Source: Saprospiraceae bacterium (GTDB lineage Bacteria > Bacteroidota > Bacteroidia > Chitinophagales > Saprospiraceae). Taken from it: DNA of 64,000 nucleotides. Both the position numbers and the translations under genes were made by a program. Numbering within the stretch: position 1 is the stretch's first letter; each line of letters begins with the position of its first letter. Location of the stretch: positions 5,952-69,951 of the forward strand of contig JAHDDO010000012.1 of assembly GCA_020629315.1 (NCBI GenBank), written 5' to 3'. Shown here piece by piece: positions 46,947 to 56,148 of this stretch. The notes under the pieces were generated by a model. The model was not told the origin of the DNA. It ran no database searches and worked only from the letters and a program-made list of their open reading frames with translations.

Positions 46947-48410
46947 TTACTGATCTAACTCCGCTATCCGTTTATTGCATTTACTTCTGAATGGGGAGTT
47001 CGGATAATTATTTAGGTGAATTAAATACGCTTCTTTGGTGTCAAGCTTACGAGCTTTGTTATAGTCATCTAATATTAAAGTAGGATCTATAGATGGTTTC
47101 AATGTCTGCCTACTTTTTTTTATTGGGGTCTCTTCTGGTTTTGTTTCTACAACTTCTTTACCTAATAGAATAGTGTCTTCACTAGCTTCCTCGTTCAACT
47201 TAGGTTTAATAAGTTCCTCATTTGAGGGTTCATCCATGCTTGCTTGCTCATGTACTTGCTCTATTTCATTTATTGGCTCAGAATGTCCCACATTTTCTGA
47301 GGTTTCATCACCCTTAAACAAAAAGAGCATAAGTAATAAATTGGCAAAGATCAATGCAGCTACAATCGCTAAGGTCTTATTAGATATTTTACTATCTCCT
47401 TTTGGACCTTCCAGTAGATCTTTAAAGCTGCCTGTTAATTTGCTACCTGAAGATCTATTGAATTTGCTTTGTGATCCAAAAGATTGCCCACTTTTAGGAT
47501 CGAAGATGGTTGTTTCATCGTCATCATCAACCTCATACTCCACTTCTTTTGCCAGTGCTATCTGTGATAAGAGCTGAACGGCATTATCGGCTCTTTTGTT
47601 TGGGTCTTTCTTTAGGCAAGAGGCTACAATCTCCCTAAAAGGTTTAGCGACCTTAATCGGTACATGCGTTTCTTCTGTGTGTACAATTTTATTAAATAAG
47701 TAGGATCTTTTTGCTTCCCCACTCAATGATGAAATGGAACCATGGAATGGATGTTCGCCGACAAACATTTCATAAATCAAAACGCCATAGCTCCATAAAT
47801 CTGTGCCAAAATTAATGGGCATACCCTGCAGCTGCTCAGGCGAACTATACTCTATCGTGCCAGCCGTTAAGCTATTAGAGAAAAAGGCCTCTTTCATTTC
47901 CGAGACATTTTTACTCAATCCAAAGTCTGTAATTTTAGGAATATATTTTTCAGTGCCTTCTCTCTTGGAAATCAAAATATTGGATGGCTTAATATCTCTA
48001 TGGACTATCCCTTGCTCATGAAGAAAAGCCAGTCCTTCCAATAAGCCGCTAGCTATATCTACTTTTTGTTCCACTGACAGTTTTGTGTGACTCAGCAGTT
48101 GTTGCAAATTACCTTCTGGATAATATTGCATTATAGCATAGTCATGAATCCCGTTTATTTGTTCAAATTGATACACTGCCTCATAGTTTGCCACATTTTT
48201 ATGGACAGGCAAATGCTGAACCGTTTCAAATTCATCAACGAGTGAAAACCGTTTTTCCTGAATCGTTTTTACCGGAGAGATTTTTAGTGCGACATAAGAA
48301 TCTTTAAGATTATCGTATACTTTATATACTACGCCAAAAGCGCCTTGGCCTAACTTGTCATCCGTTATATTGTAGTGATACCTATCCTTAAACTCTTGTA
48401 AAGACTTCAT
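46947..48410 (-). CDS. Hanks-type Ser/Thr protein kinase, membrane-anchored, with a short extracytoplasmic C-terminal domain
   Basis: GQGAFGVVYK, VALKI, HRDIKPSNILI, DFGLSK and GTIEYSSPEQ. TM helix LAIVAALIFANLLLMLFLF. The acidic linker ends in a TPR-like YLIHLNNYPNSPFRSKCNKRIAEL. Confidence 0.9.
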   Translation of the reverse strand: MKSLQEFKDRYHYNITDDKLGQGAFGVVYKVYDNLKDSYVALKISPVKTIQEKRFSLVDEFETVQHLPVHKNVANYEAVYQFEQINGIHDYAIMQYYPEGNLQQLLSHTKLSVEQKVDIASGLLEGLAFLHEQGIVHRDIKPSNILISKREGTEKYIPKITDFGLSKNVSEMKEAFFSNSLTAGTIEYSSPEQLQGMPINFGTDLWSYGVLIYEMFVGEHPFHGSISSLSGEAKRSYLFNKIVHTEETHVPIKVAKPFREIVASCLKKDPNKRADNAVQLLSQIALAKEVEYEVDDDDETTIFDPKSGQSFGSQSKFNRSSGSKLTGSFKDLLEGPKGDSKISNKTLAIVAALIFANLLLMLFLFKGDETSENVGHSEPINEIEQVHEQASMDEPSNEELIKPKLNEEASEDTILLGKEVVETKPEETPIKKSRQTLKPSIDPTLILDDYNKARKLDTKEAYLIHLNNYPNSPFRSKCNKRIAELDQ

Positions 48411-48812
48411 GCCGAGACTTTATTGCATACAGTTATGATACATTAAAATGTAATACTTGAGGATTGATATTCTAATGTAATAAAAATGTTTCACTAGGTC
48501 ATTATTCGATGTATTCCTCCTCTTGATTATAGTACTACGAAGTGTTATTCTATTCATTTAGGTTACCCAATTATCGTCATTTTTATTTGAGAAAAATCGT
48601 AATTACCCCTACACAAAATCTGGCTTTATTCTTTCTTTAACACTCAATCGTTAATGTTCTAAATCTTAACATTAAAATTGTAACAATCCTACAAATCCCA
48701 GCGTCTTACAGTTGCTAGTTATTCTTATCGACTACCCTATTCACTATTTATTTAATAAAGCAAGGGATCTTTGATTTTTAGTATCTCTTCGTAAACGAAT
48801 CGCACTTTATTT

Positions 48813-49745
48813 ATGAGAAAAATTTTACTGAGCACAGTCATGATTGTACTAATGACCCATATGGCCATTGGACAAAAAACAACGACTAAGAAAGAAAACC
48901 TAACGGTTAAATTATATGATGAAACGGGACAGATCATAGACCATTTAGTACTAAAAGGTCCCGAAGCTAGAACCTTTAATTTATCCAAATTCATTGAGTC
49001 CAATGCCCATAAAGGACGAATCGTAAGCTATGGTGGATTTAGCCATGATGAAGGATTTGACAGAGTCCGATTTGATTCCAATAACTTAGACTTGGAGAAT
49101 GTTGATGAGGTTTTTATTTGTGAAGAAATTGTACCTGAACTGATACCTACCTTTGGTGTACGAGTGAGTTGCAATGATGATTTAGTAGGTGTAAGTATAT
49201 CGGAAGTTGCAGAAAATAGCACTGCCGACTTAATGGGTTATCAGGTGGGCGATATAATCCTCCAAATAAATGATCATGAGATTATTAGCTTTTGTGATTT
49301 TAAAAAGGCTATTAATGCCTATGAGGTTGGACAATCGATCTTGGTACATGCCATAAAATCAGAAGAGGAACTCAAAGAACCGGCAATATTGGGTGCACAA
49401 TTAGTAAATAACCTTCAATATGTACTTTGCGAGAAATCAGAAGACCTTACAGAAGCAGATATTGCCACGGGTTCTATTGAAAATATGGAAGTAACATTTG
49501 TAAGTTATCCTAATCCTACTAAAGGTCTATCACAAATCAAATTTCAGTCAGAAGTTGACCAGGCCATTGAATTTATGGTACTTAACTACGAAGGGGCTGT
49601 AATAGACCAGAAATCTTTTGATGACTTTTCTGGTAGTATTCGATTCAATTATAATTTCAACCAACATCCTAGCGGAGCATACTATTTTGTAGTGAAGCAA
49701 AATGAAGAAGTATACAAACAAAAAGTAGTATACATCAATGATTAG
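48813..49745 (+). CDS. Secreted PDZ-domain protein with a T9SS type A C-terminal sorting domain
   Basis: Signal peptide present. PDZ-like GVSISEVAENSTADLMGYQVGDIILQINDHEI. CTD VSYPNPTKGLSQIKF...VLNYEGAVI...SGAYYFVVKQNEEVYKQKVVYI. Confidence 0.75.
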   Translation: MRKILLSTVMIVLMTHMAIGQKTTTKKENLTVKLYDETGQIIDHLVLKGPEARTFNLSKFIESNAHKGRIVSYGGFSHDEGFDRVRFDSNNLDLENVDEVFICEEIVPELIPTFGVRVSCNDDLVGVSISEVAENSTADLMGYQVGDIILQINDHEIISFCDFKKAINAYEVGQSILVHAIKSEEELKEPAILGAQLVNNLQYVLCEKSEDLTEADIATGSIENMEVTFVSYPNPTKGLSQIKFQSEVDQAIEFMVLNYEGAVIDQKSFDDFSGSIRFNYNFNQHPSGAYYFVVKQNEEVYKQKVVYIND

Positions 49746-49776
49746 AATCTTCCCTTAGATTCTTTAAAAGACAAAA

Positions 49777-49810
49777 GCCAGAATCACGACTTTCGTATTC
49801 TGGCTTTTTT
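49777..49810 (+). terminator. Intrinsic terminator (may serve both convergent genes)
   Basis: 8-bp stem GCCAGAAT/ATTCTGGC, 12-nt loop, then TTTTTT (49805-49810). AAAA precedes the stem. Confidence 0.8.
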
Positions 49811-49864
49811 CTTTTATGAAAAACGCTGATATTGATTTGACTTTTCAATAAAAATATTGGCTGT

Positions 49865-51637
49865 TTATAGTTTCACCAGCTTTTTAGTTTTTAGAAGGAT
49901 ATTTTCGTCATACAATTCAACAAAATAGTACCCACTATTCAAATCTCCAATATGAATTATGTTTTCTCCATAATTAAACGTACTTGTCAATACTGTCCTC
50001 CCATGTAGATCTGTCAAGGCTATTTTTCCATCTATGGGCACATAATCATATAAGACTAATCGAATAACTTCACTTGCGGGATTAGGGAATACTGAAATAG
50101 TATATTCTTTCACCTCAGGAATAGCGGACGTTCCAATGTGAATTGTCTTACAAAACTCATCTTCTGAGAACTCATTAGTTACCTGTAAGCAAACTTCATA
50201 TGTGCCTGGCGAATCATAAGTATAAGAAGGAGAATGATAATGTGATTTTATGCCATCCCCAAAATCCCAGGTCCATTCATCAGGTTCGAAATATGATAAA
50301 TCCGTATAATTAATCGTCAAATAATCTGAAGTGTCTGGTTCATATCTCCACTTAGAAACAACCTCATTATTAAGATCAGAAGTATCACAGGGACTACCAT
50401 CAATAGGGCCAAGTCTAAAATTAGGCGTATTGGGTAAGCCATGGCCAATTCGTGTATTTGTTTCAATAAGTCCTTGTACAACATTAGATTGATTACCCTT
50501 CAATTCAGGATTATTAATTACGTGCAAATACTTACCACTATTAGATCCACTTGCAATATATATTTTACCATCAGGAGCTAACCACATATTTCCTAATGTA
50601 GATGGCCACAATTCATTGTAAACCATTCCATTATACGTTTGAACTACTCGTCTAGTGTCCTTTATATTATCGTCTTTCAAATCATATTGGTACACTAATT
50701 CGTCATTTGAAACATATAAATAATTCTGTTTAAGACTAAAGGCTGTTCCTAAACCAATTCCAAATCCTTTTATAGAATCAACCATGATTTTCTCATAATG
50801 GCCTACACATCTATCAAAAGAGTAAAGATGGATCCCATAAATATTTTCTATGCGATTTAAGACATGTATAGTAGCAAACATATCACCATTAGGAGAATAA
50901 ACGGACTGTCCAAAAGAAGAATTAGGCAGGTCTTCATTCAATGATATAGTACTAATTTTTTTTATTGAATCTTCGGTTAATAAAAATAAGTGAATAGCAT
51001 TTAGAAAAATATCATTCACAGAAATCCACCAGTCTTTACCATTGGCATGCCTAACAGCCTCTTTCCCTCCTCTAGTAAATATACCGTTTAGTAAAACACT
51101 ATCAACAACAGTCATAATTTGGTTTGAACCTTCATTAATTTTTGAATATAGCAGCTGGGAAGAATATGAACTTACAGCTTCTGTAAGGTCAAATATTTGA
51201 TCCGAATGAATTATAATTGAATTTGAATGACCGGGTTGTTGTAGAATAAGGGATGTACCCTCTACTGGCCAACCTAAGGGTCGATCCTCGGATGCTATAT
51301 ATTGTTGGTTCCATTGAAAACAATCCGATATTTTACTCCCGTTTTCTATTACTTGATGGTCTCTCCCCCATACGCGCATACCATTTGTATATGCGACCAA
51401 ATCACCTTCATCATCACAAATAGACGCCAATGTGCCTGTTATGTCCGCAATACCCGCTGCTTCATAATACATGTCAGGTGGATCAACATTAAAATCTATT
51501 ATGGTCGTTCCCCAAGTTGAATCACTTTGTGAGTTTAGCCCCGCATATCCTAGTACTAAAATATGATCATTTTTTTGCCCATGTACCTGAATTATGGAAA
51601 TGATTACTAACGATAAAAATAGAAATGCTTTATTCAT
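49865..51637 (-). CDS. Secreted protein with a beta-propeller-like N-terminal region, a PKD domain and a T9SS type A C-terminal sorting domain
   Basis: Signal peptide present. PKD-like WDFGDGIKSHYHSPSYTYDSPGTYEVCLQVTN. CTD VFPNPASEVIRLVL...LTDLHGRTVL...SGYYFVELYDENILLKTKKLVKL. Confidence 0.8.
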   Translation of the reverse strand: MNKAFLFLSLVIISIIQVHGQKNDHILVLGYAGLNSQSDSTWGTTIIDFNVDPPDMYYEAAGIADITGTLASICDDEGDLVAYTNGMRVWGRDHQVIENGSKISDCFQWNQQYIASEDRPLGWPVEGTSLILQQPGHSNSIIIHSDQIFDLTEAVSSYSSQLLYSKINEGSNQIMTVVDSVLLNGIFTRGGKEAVRHANGKDWWISVNDIFLNAIHLFLLTEDSIKKISTISLNEDLPNSSFGQSVYSPNGDMFATIHVLNRIENIYGIHLYSFDRCVGHYEKIMVDSIKGFGIGLGTAFSLKQNYLYVSNDELVYQYDLKDDNIKDTRRVVQTYNGMVYNELWPSTLGNMWLAPDGKIYIASGSNSGKYLHVINNPELKGNQSNVVQGLIETNTRIGHGLPNTPNFRLGPIDGSPCDTSDLNNEVVSKWRYEPDTSDYLTINYTDLSYFEPDEWTWDFGDGIKSHYHSPSYTYDSPGTYEVCLQVTNEFSEDEFCKTIHIGTSAIPEVKEYTISVFPNPASEVIRLVLYDYVPIDGKIALTDLHGRTVLTSTFNYGENIIHIGDLNSGYYFVELYDENILLKTKKLVKL

Positions 51638-51818
51638 TTGTGATTAATAGTTTATGTATTTCATAAGCATTGCTATCCATATCAGTCACCTTAATGAAAT
51701 GCAATCCTTCAGTCGTATTATTCAAATTAATGAGCTTATGATTACCAAACACCTTCTCTGTCTGTAATTTTTGTCCGTATAAATTACTCATATCGTCTAA
51801 AAGATTTAGACATTTCAA
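51630..51818 (-). pseudogene. Orphan remnant of a T9SS type A C-terminal domain (no upstream passenger domain, no ATG start)
   Basis: The translation ...SNLYGQKLQTEKVFGNHKLINLNNTTEGLHFIKVTDMDSNAYEIHKLLI resembles the distal half of a Por_Secre_tail domain. The frame is closed by TAA TAA immediately upstream, and the first possible start is TTG. Only about 75 nt separate it from the tRNA terminator. Confidence 0.4.
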
Positions 51819-51893
51819 TTATTACGCTGACCAACATAATAAATCATGAGTAAGATTACTCTACTTTGTTTGTAATATATCTGTACCTAAAAT

Positions 51894-51926
51894 TAAAAAA
51901 GTCTCTAAATCAAAGACTTAGAGACT
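51894..51926 (-). terminator. Intrinsic terminator downstream of tRNA-Arg
   Basis: Perfect 9-bp stem AGTCTCTAA/TTAGAGACT (51900-51908 / 51918-51926), followed on the minus strand by a T-run (plus-strand A-run 51895-51900). Confidence 0.8.
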
Positions 51927-51932
51927 CAATAG

Positions 51933-52006
51933 TGACCACGGAAGGATTCGAACCCTCAACCCTCAGAGCCGAAATCTGATATTCTATCCAGTTGAACTAC
52001 GTGGCC
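51933..52006 (-). tRNA. tRNA-Arg (anticodon UCG)
   Basis: Hand-folded 74-nt cloverleaf on the minus strand. Acceptor GGCCACG/CGTGGTC, D-arm GTTC-AACTGGATA-GAAT, anticodon arm TCAGA-TT[TCG]GC-TCTGA, variable loop GGGTT, T-arm GAGGG-TTCGAAT-CCTTC, discriminator A. CCA is not encoded. Confidence 0.9.
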
Positions 52007-52119
52007 AGATCTGCTACAAAGGTACTATTTCACACCAAAATCCATTCTTTCCAAGGATGTTAAAATTTGAAATAAGAAATCAAATCTTGCCCAAGGCTCC
52101 GTTACATAAACAAAAAACC

Positions 52120-52584
52120 ATGAAGGGCCCATTATTCATTCTGTCTATAGTACTCTCGGTTCATTTGTCGGCGCAATATGATATCCCGCAATTTACAATT
52201 GTCGATGATGAAATTAGAGATTATGAAAATTTGATCAATCATGGAAGAGATGTGGGAGACAGCACGATTTTTCATCAGATTTTCACGCAACAAGGTCAAC
52301 TTAAATATGAATTAATCCGACTATCTGACACCTTATTCCAGTTTAGAGAATACTATATAATGGATCATTTGCAACTCATCAAGAAAATCGATTGGGTGGG
52401 CATTTACGTTAAAGGATATTACTCTATCGGACACATGGCCACTACCGATACCGTTGAGGGGTACAGCCATGAAACCTTTGAACTTCAAAAGTATATTCAT
52501 ACTCAGCTGGAGCCTTGCGGCAAATGGATGGCTATGGATAGACAGGGGTATTTTATGCATCGAATACCCGCAAAGCTCGATTAA
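52120..52584 (+). CDS. Hypothetical secreted protein
   Basis: The internal ATG at 52120 gives the signal peptide MKGPLFILSIVLSVHLSAQ. The track ORF start at 52057 adds a non-signal-like extension. Confidence 0.5.
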   Translation: MKGPLFILSIVLSVHLSAQYDIPQFTIVDDEIRDYENLINHGRDVGDSTIFHQIFTQQGQLKYELIRLSDTLFQFREYYIMDHLQLIKKIDWVGIYVKGYYSIGHMATTDTVEGYSHETFELQKYIHTQLEPCGKWMAMDRQGYFMHRIPAKLD

Positions 52585-52617
52585 TCACCAGTTTGTACCT
52601 TCAATAAAAAATGAATT

Positions 52618-53412
52618 ATGGATAATGTTGGGATTCGTTCATTTTCAATAACAAAGGTAAAGGGGAATCAAACTGATATTATTTCAGATGACCTCGCCAT
52701 TGAAGAGCCATTACAGATCCGCTTATGTAATCAAGAGCAAGAGATAAAGGACATTTCAATAACCATGCGCACGCCAGGCAATGATCCTAATTTAGCTATT
52801 GGATTCTTATTTACGGAGGGCTTACTGAAAAACAGAAATGAATATCTAGACCACATCATCCAAGAAAATGTAATTACCATACATACTACTATTCCAAATG
52901 TAGATTTGGGATCCATTGAAAGGCATTTTTACACCAGTAGTTCTTGTGGTGTGTGTGGTAAATCAAGCATAGATGCTATACACGTGGTTCAGCCAGATTA
53001 CCCGCAGACTGAAGCCATTGATTCACCAGAGATATCCATCTTTTCGACACTTCCTGAGATATTAAAAAGCCACCAAAATAATTTCAATAAAACGGGTGGT
53101 ATCCATGCTGCCGCTCTCTTTACTTTTAGTGGTGAGCTATTACATTTTGCAGAGGATGTAGGACGCCACAATGCATTAGACAAGTTGATAGGACATTGTT
53201 TTTTGTCCAATGTCCTTCCTTTACAAAGACACATATTATTGTTAAGTGGACGCGCTAGTTTCGAATTGATTCAAAAGGCACACATGGCTGGCATTCGACA
53301 TATTGCTGCCATTGGCGCACCGTCGAGTTTGGCCGTTGAGCTAGCCAAATCGTCAGGCATACAGTTAATTGGTTTTCTAAAATCTCATTCTATGAATATT
53401 TATAATTCATAA
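52618..53412 (+). CDS. fdhD: Formate dehydrogenase accessory sulfurtransferase FdhD
   Basis: SSSCGVCGKSSI, TGGIHAAALF, EDVGRHNALDKLIG and LLSGRASFELIQKA. Confidence 0.95.
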   Translation: MDNVGIRSFSITKVKGNQTDIISDDLAIEEPLQIRLCNQEQEIKDISITMRTPGNDPNLAIGFLFTEGLLKNRNEYLDHIIQENVITIHTTIPNVDLGSIERHFYTSSSCGVCGKSSIDAIHVVQPDYPQTEAIDSPEISIFSTLPEILKSHQNNFNKTGGIHAAALFTFSGELLHFAEDVGRHNALDKLIGHCFLSNVLPLQRHILLLSGRASFELIQKAHMAGIRHIAAIGAPSSLAVELAKSSGIQLIGFLKSHSMNIYNS

Positions 53413-53471
53413 GCTTAAAAGCAAATCAAAATGGGGGCATACCCTATTTTGCTTTTTGTATTTTTATTGAT

Positions 53472-55769
53472 ATGAGCTCTTTTACACCACCCGCTTCAGA
53501 AAACCCCATCCAAGCCTCAAAATTGGACTTGTCTGAACCTAAAAAAAAGGCAGCAGGGATATCAGCTGTTATTGAAAGCGCTAAACATGTCATGGCTGAA
53601 ACCGGATGGCTTCGCGGTGCAAAGGTCCTAACAAAACTGAATCAAAAAGGCGGCATCGATTGCCCAGGTTGCGCCTGGCCCGATCCTGATGATGAAAGAA
53701 GTAGACTGGGTGAATATTGTGAAAATGGTGTAAAAGCCATCGCAGAAGAAGCGACAAAGAAATCATTAGATGCGCATTTTTTTTCAACGCATAGCATTCA
53801 AGAAATAGCGTCTTGGGATGATTACACGATCGGTAAGAAAGGAAGGCTCACACAGCCTATGTACCTAGCAGAAGGAGCCAATCATTATACACCTTTACCT
53901 TGGGAAGAGGCGTTTGCCATGATTGCCTCAAAGCTAAAATCACTCGATGATCCCAATGAGGCAGTTTTTTATACCTCGGGCAGAACAAGCAATGAAGCGG
54001 CTTTTTTATACCAATTGTTTGTACGAAAGTTTGGTACAAATAACCTCCCCGATTGCTCCAATATGTGTCACGAAAGTAGCGGGCGAGCTTTATCATCTAC
54101 TGTGGGCATTGGAAAGGGTTCTGTGACATTAGATGATTTCTATCACACTGAAGTAATATTTGTAATCGGTCAAAACCCAGGCACGAATCATCCAAGGATG
54201 CTTAGTGCCCTAGCTAGAGCCAAAGAAAATGGCGCGATTATCATAAGCGTAAATCCATTAAAAGAAGCTGGTTTATTAGCATTTGATGATCCCCAAAAGT
54301 TAAGCACCATTGTAGGTGGAAGTGCATCCCTTACTGATCACTATTTGCAAGTCCGAATAAATGGAGATCAGGCATTGTTTAAGTGTCTCAATAGTCTTTT
54401 GGTAGAGATAGATACTAATGAGCCAGGAAGTACATTGGACCACAAGTTCATATCAGAGAAAACCAATGGTTTTGAAACCTATTCGAAACATCTTCAAGAA
54501 CAAGATAAAATAGCTTTAGCTGAGTTAGCCGGCATTGAATTGGATCAAATAAAAAAGATTGCCCATCTACTCACACACAAGTCTAAGATAATTTGTTGTT
54601 GGGCAATGGGTTTGACTCAACATAAAAATGCAGTAAATACCATTAAAGAGGTCGTTAATCTTTTATTGTTAAAAGGAAGCATAGGTAAAAAAGGGGCTGG
54701 CACTTGTCCTGTGAGAGGACATAGCAATGTGCAAGGTGATCGAACAATGGGCATCCATGAAAGACCCCCAAAACGTCTTTTAGATGCTTTAGCGTCTCGT
54801 TTTGACTTTTCTCCACCCAGAGAGCATGGTTATGATGTCGTTGAGGCTATTAAAGCTATGCATGATGGCAAAGCAAAATTGTTTTTAGCTATGGGTGGAA
54901 ACTTCCTATCAGCCACCCCCGATACTAAATATACTGCAGAGGCGCTCCGTAATACTGCATTAAGTGTTCAAATATCTACTAAACTTAATCGGAGCCATTT
55001 AGTAACTGGTCGTGAAGCTTTGATACTCCCTTGTTTGGGCCGGACTGAGAAAGACATACAATCAAAACAAGAACAATTTGTGTCTGTTGAAAATTCTATG
55101 GGCGTAGTTCACAGTTCTTCCGGTGTGCTACCTCCCGTCTCTGCCTTGCTAAAAAGTGAGGTGCGAATTATTTCAGATTTAGCTGAGGCTGTTTTCGGAT
55201 CGGACGATGCCGTAGAGTGGCAAAAAATGGCCGATGATTATGATAGGATTCGTGATGCAATTGAAGATTGTATTCCGGGCTTCGAGCAATATAATCAGAG
55301 AGTCCGCGAGCCAGGTGGTTTTTATTTGCCTAATGGTGCGCGCAAGGGCGTGTTTATGACTCCGTCATCTAAAGCTGAATTTACCACAGAGGAATGTGCC
55401 ATCACACAAGCTAGCTCGGGTCAATTTATTATGATGACTATTAGATCTCATGATCAATTTAATACGACCATATATGGTCTTGACGATCGGTATAGAGGTA
55501 TTAAAAAAGAGCGCCGAGTCGTTCTAATATCTAAAGCAGACATGGCCAGTTTAGGTTTAAAGAAAGAACAAGTCGTAGATCTTGAAAATGAACATAATGG
55601 AATTAAAAGGATAGCACGAACGTTTACTATTGTTCCTTACGATATTCCACATGGTTGTATTGCCACGTATTTTCCTGAAGCTAATGTTTTAGTACCTATA
55701 GATTCCGTAGCTGACGAAAGTAATACGCCTGCTTCAAAATCGATTATAGTACGGATAATCCCCAGCTAG
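53472..55769 (+). CDS. FdhF/YdeP-family molybdopterin oxidoreductase
   Basis: N-terminal GGIDCPGCAWPDP, Mo-ligand region PDCSNMCHESSG (Cys, no in-frame TGA), and the pairing with fdhD. Confidence 0.9.
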   Translation: MSSFTPPASENPIQASKLDLSEPKKKAAGISAVIESAKHVMAETGWLRGAKVLTKLNQKGGIDCPGCAWPDPDDERSRLGEYCENGVKAIAEEATKKSLDAHFFSTHSIQEIASWDDYTIGKKGRLTQPMYLAEGANHYTPLPWEEAFAMIASKLKSLDDPNEAVFYTSGRTSNEAAFLYQLFVRKFGTNNLPDCSNMCHESSGRALSSTVGIGKGSVTLDDFYHTEVIFVIGQNPGTNHPRMLSALARAKENGAIIISVNPLKEAGLLAFDDPQKLSTIVGGSASLTDHYLQVRINGDQALFKCLNSLLVEIDTNEPGSTLDHKFISEKTNGFETYSKHLQEQDKIALAELAGIELDQIKKIAHLLTHKSKIICCWAMGLTQHKNAVNTIKEVVNLLLLKGSIGKKGAGTCPVRGHSNVQGDRTMGIHERPPKRLLDALASRFDFSPPREHGYDVVEAIKAMHDGKAKLFLAMGGNFLSATPDTKYTAEALRNTALSVQISTKLNRSHLVTGREALILPCLGRTEKDIQSKQEQFVSVENSMGVVHSSSGVLPPVSALLKSEVRIISDLAEAVFGSDDAVEWQKMADDYDRIRDAIEDCIPGFEQYNQRVREPGGFYLPNGARKGVFMTPSSKAEFTTEECAITQASSGQFIMMTIRSHDQFNTTIYGLDDRYRGIKKERRVVLISKADMASLGLKKEQVVDLENEHNGIKRIARTFTIVPYDIPHGCIATYFPEANVLVPIDSVADESNTPASKSIIVRIIPS

Positions 55770-55771
55770 TT

Positions 55772-56113
55772 TTATTCAGGAGCACCATCTGCAATCCACG
55801 ATTCTATTTTATCAATAGAACAATCATCCAATTTGTCTCCTCCTATCGGCATTGGTACAAAGTCCTCTTCATGATTGATAGCCCCTGCTATTCTACCGAA
55901 ATCTACAGCAATCTTTGCCGTTTCATAGTCTGACATGTCAAAGGTCCCTGTCATTGATACATGACACCCTGCTACTGCACAATGCGTGTCCAATATGGAT
56001 TTAACATCATCAGTATAGGTCAATGATTCAGTCTCACAAATAGGTTCCTCCGGGTCGCATGAAGCGAATACCATAATTAAACCTATTAAAATTATACTTC
56101 CAACTAGTCTCAT
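55772..56113 (-). CDS. Small lipoprotein resembling the planctomycete-type cytochrome c (PSCyt1-like) domain, with a C-x4-CH motif instead of CxxCH
   Basis: Lipobox LIMVFASC. Motifs VKSILDTHCAVAGCH...MSDYE...FVPMP...L.D..IDKIESWIADGAPE. Lies 35 nt downstream of the DUF58 gene on the same strand. Confidence 0.4.
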   Translation of the reverse strand: MRLVGSIILIGLIMVFASCDPEEPICETESLTYTDDVKSILDTHCAVAGCHVSMTGTFDMSDYETAKIAVDFGRIAGAINHEEDFVPMPIGGDKLDDCSIDKIESWIADGAPE

Positions 56114-56148
56114 AATTCAAGTTTACATTATAAATGTAATCAAACGGT

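Noticed and set aside
51819-52119. Possible integrative element or genomic island attached to tRNA-Arg.
   Set aside because: I saw no integrase, excisionase or other mobile-element gene anywhere in the window, and I noticed no second copy of the tRNA 3' end. The flanking genes are ordinary T9SS cargo genes and fdhD/ydeP.
53472-55769. Possible selenocysteine (in-frame TGA) in the FdhF/YdeP-like molybdoenzyme.
   Set aside because: The ORF is uninterrupted, and the Mo-ligand position reads Cys (CSNMCHESSG). This is a Cys-type enzyme.
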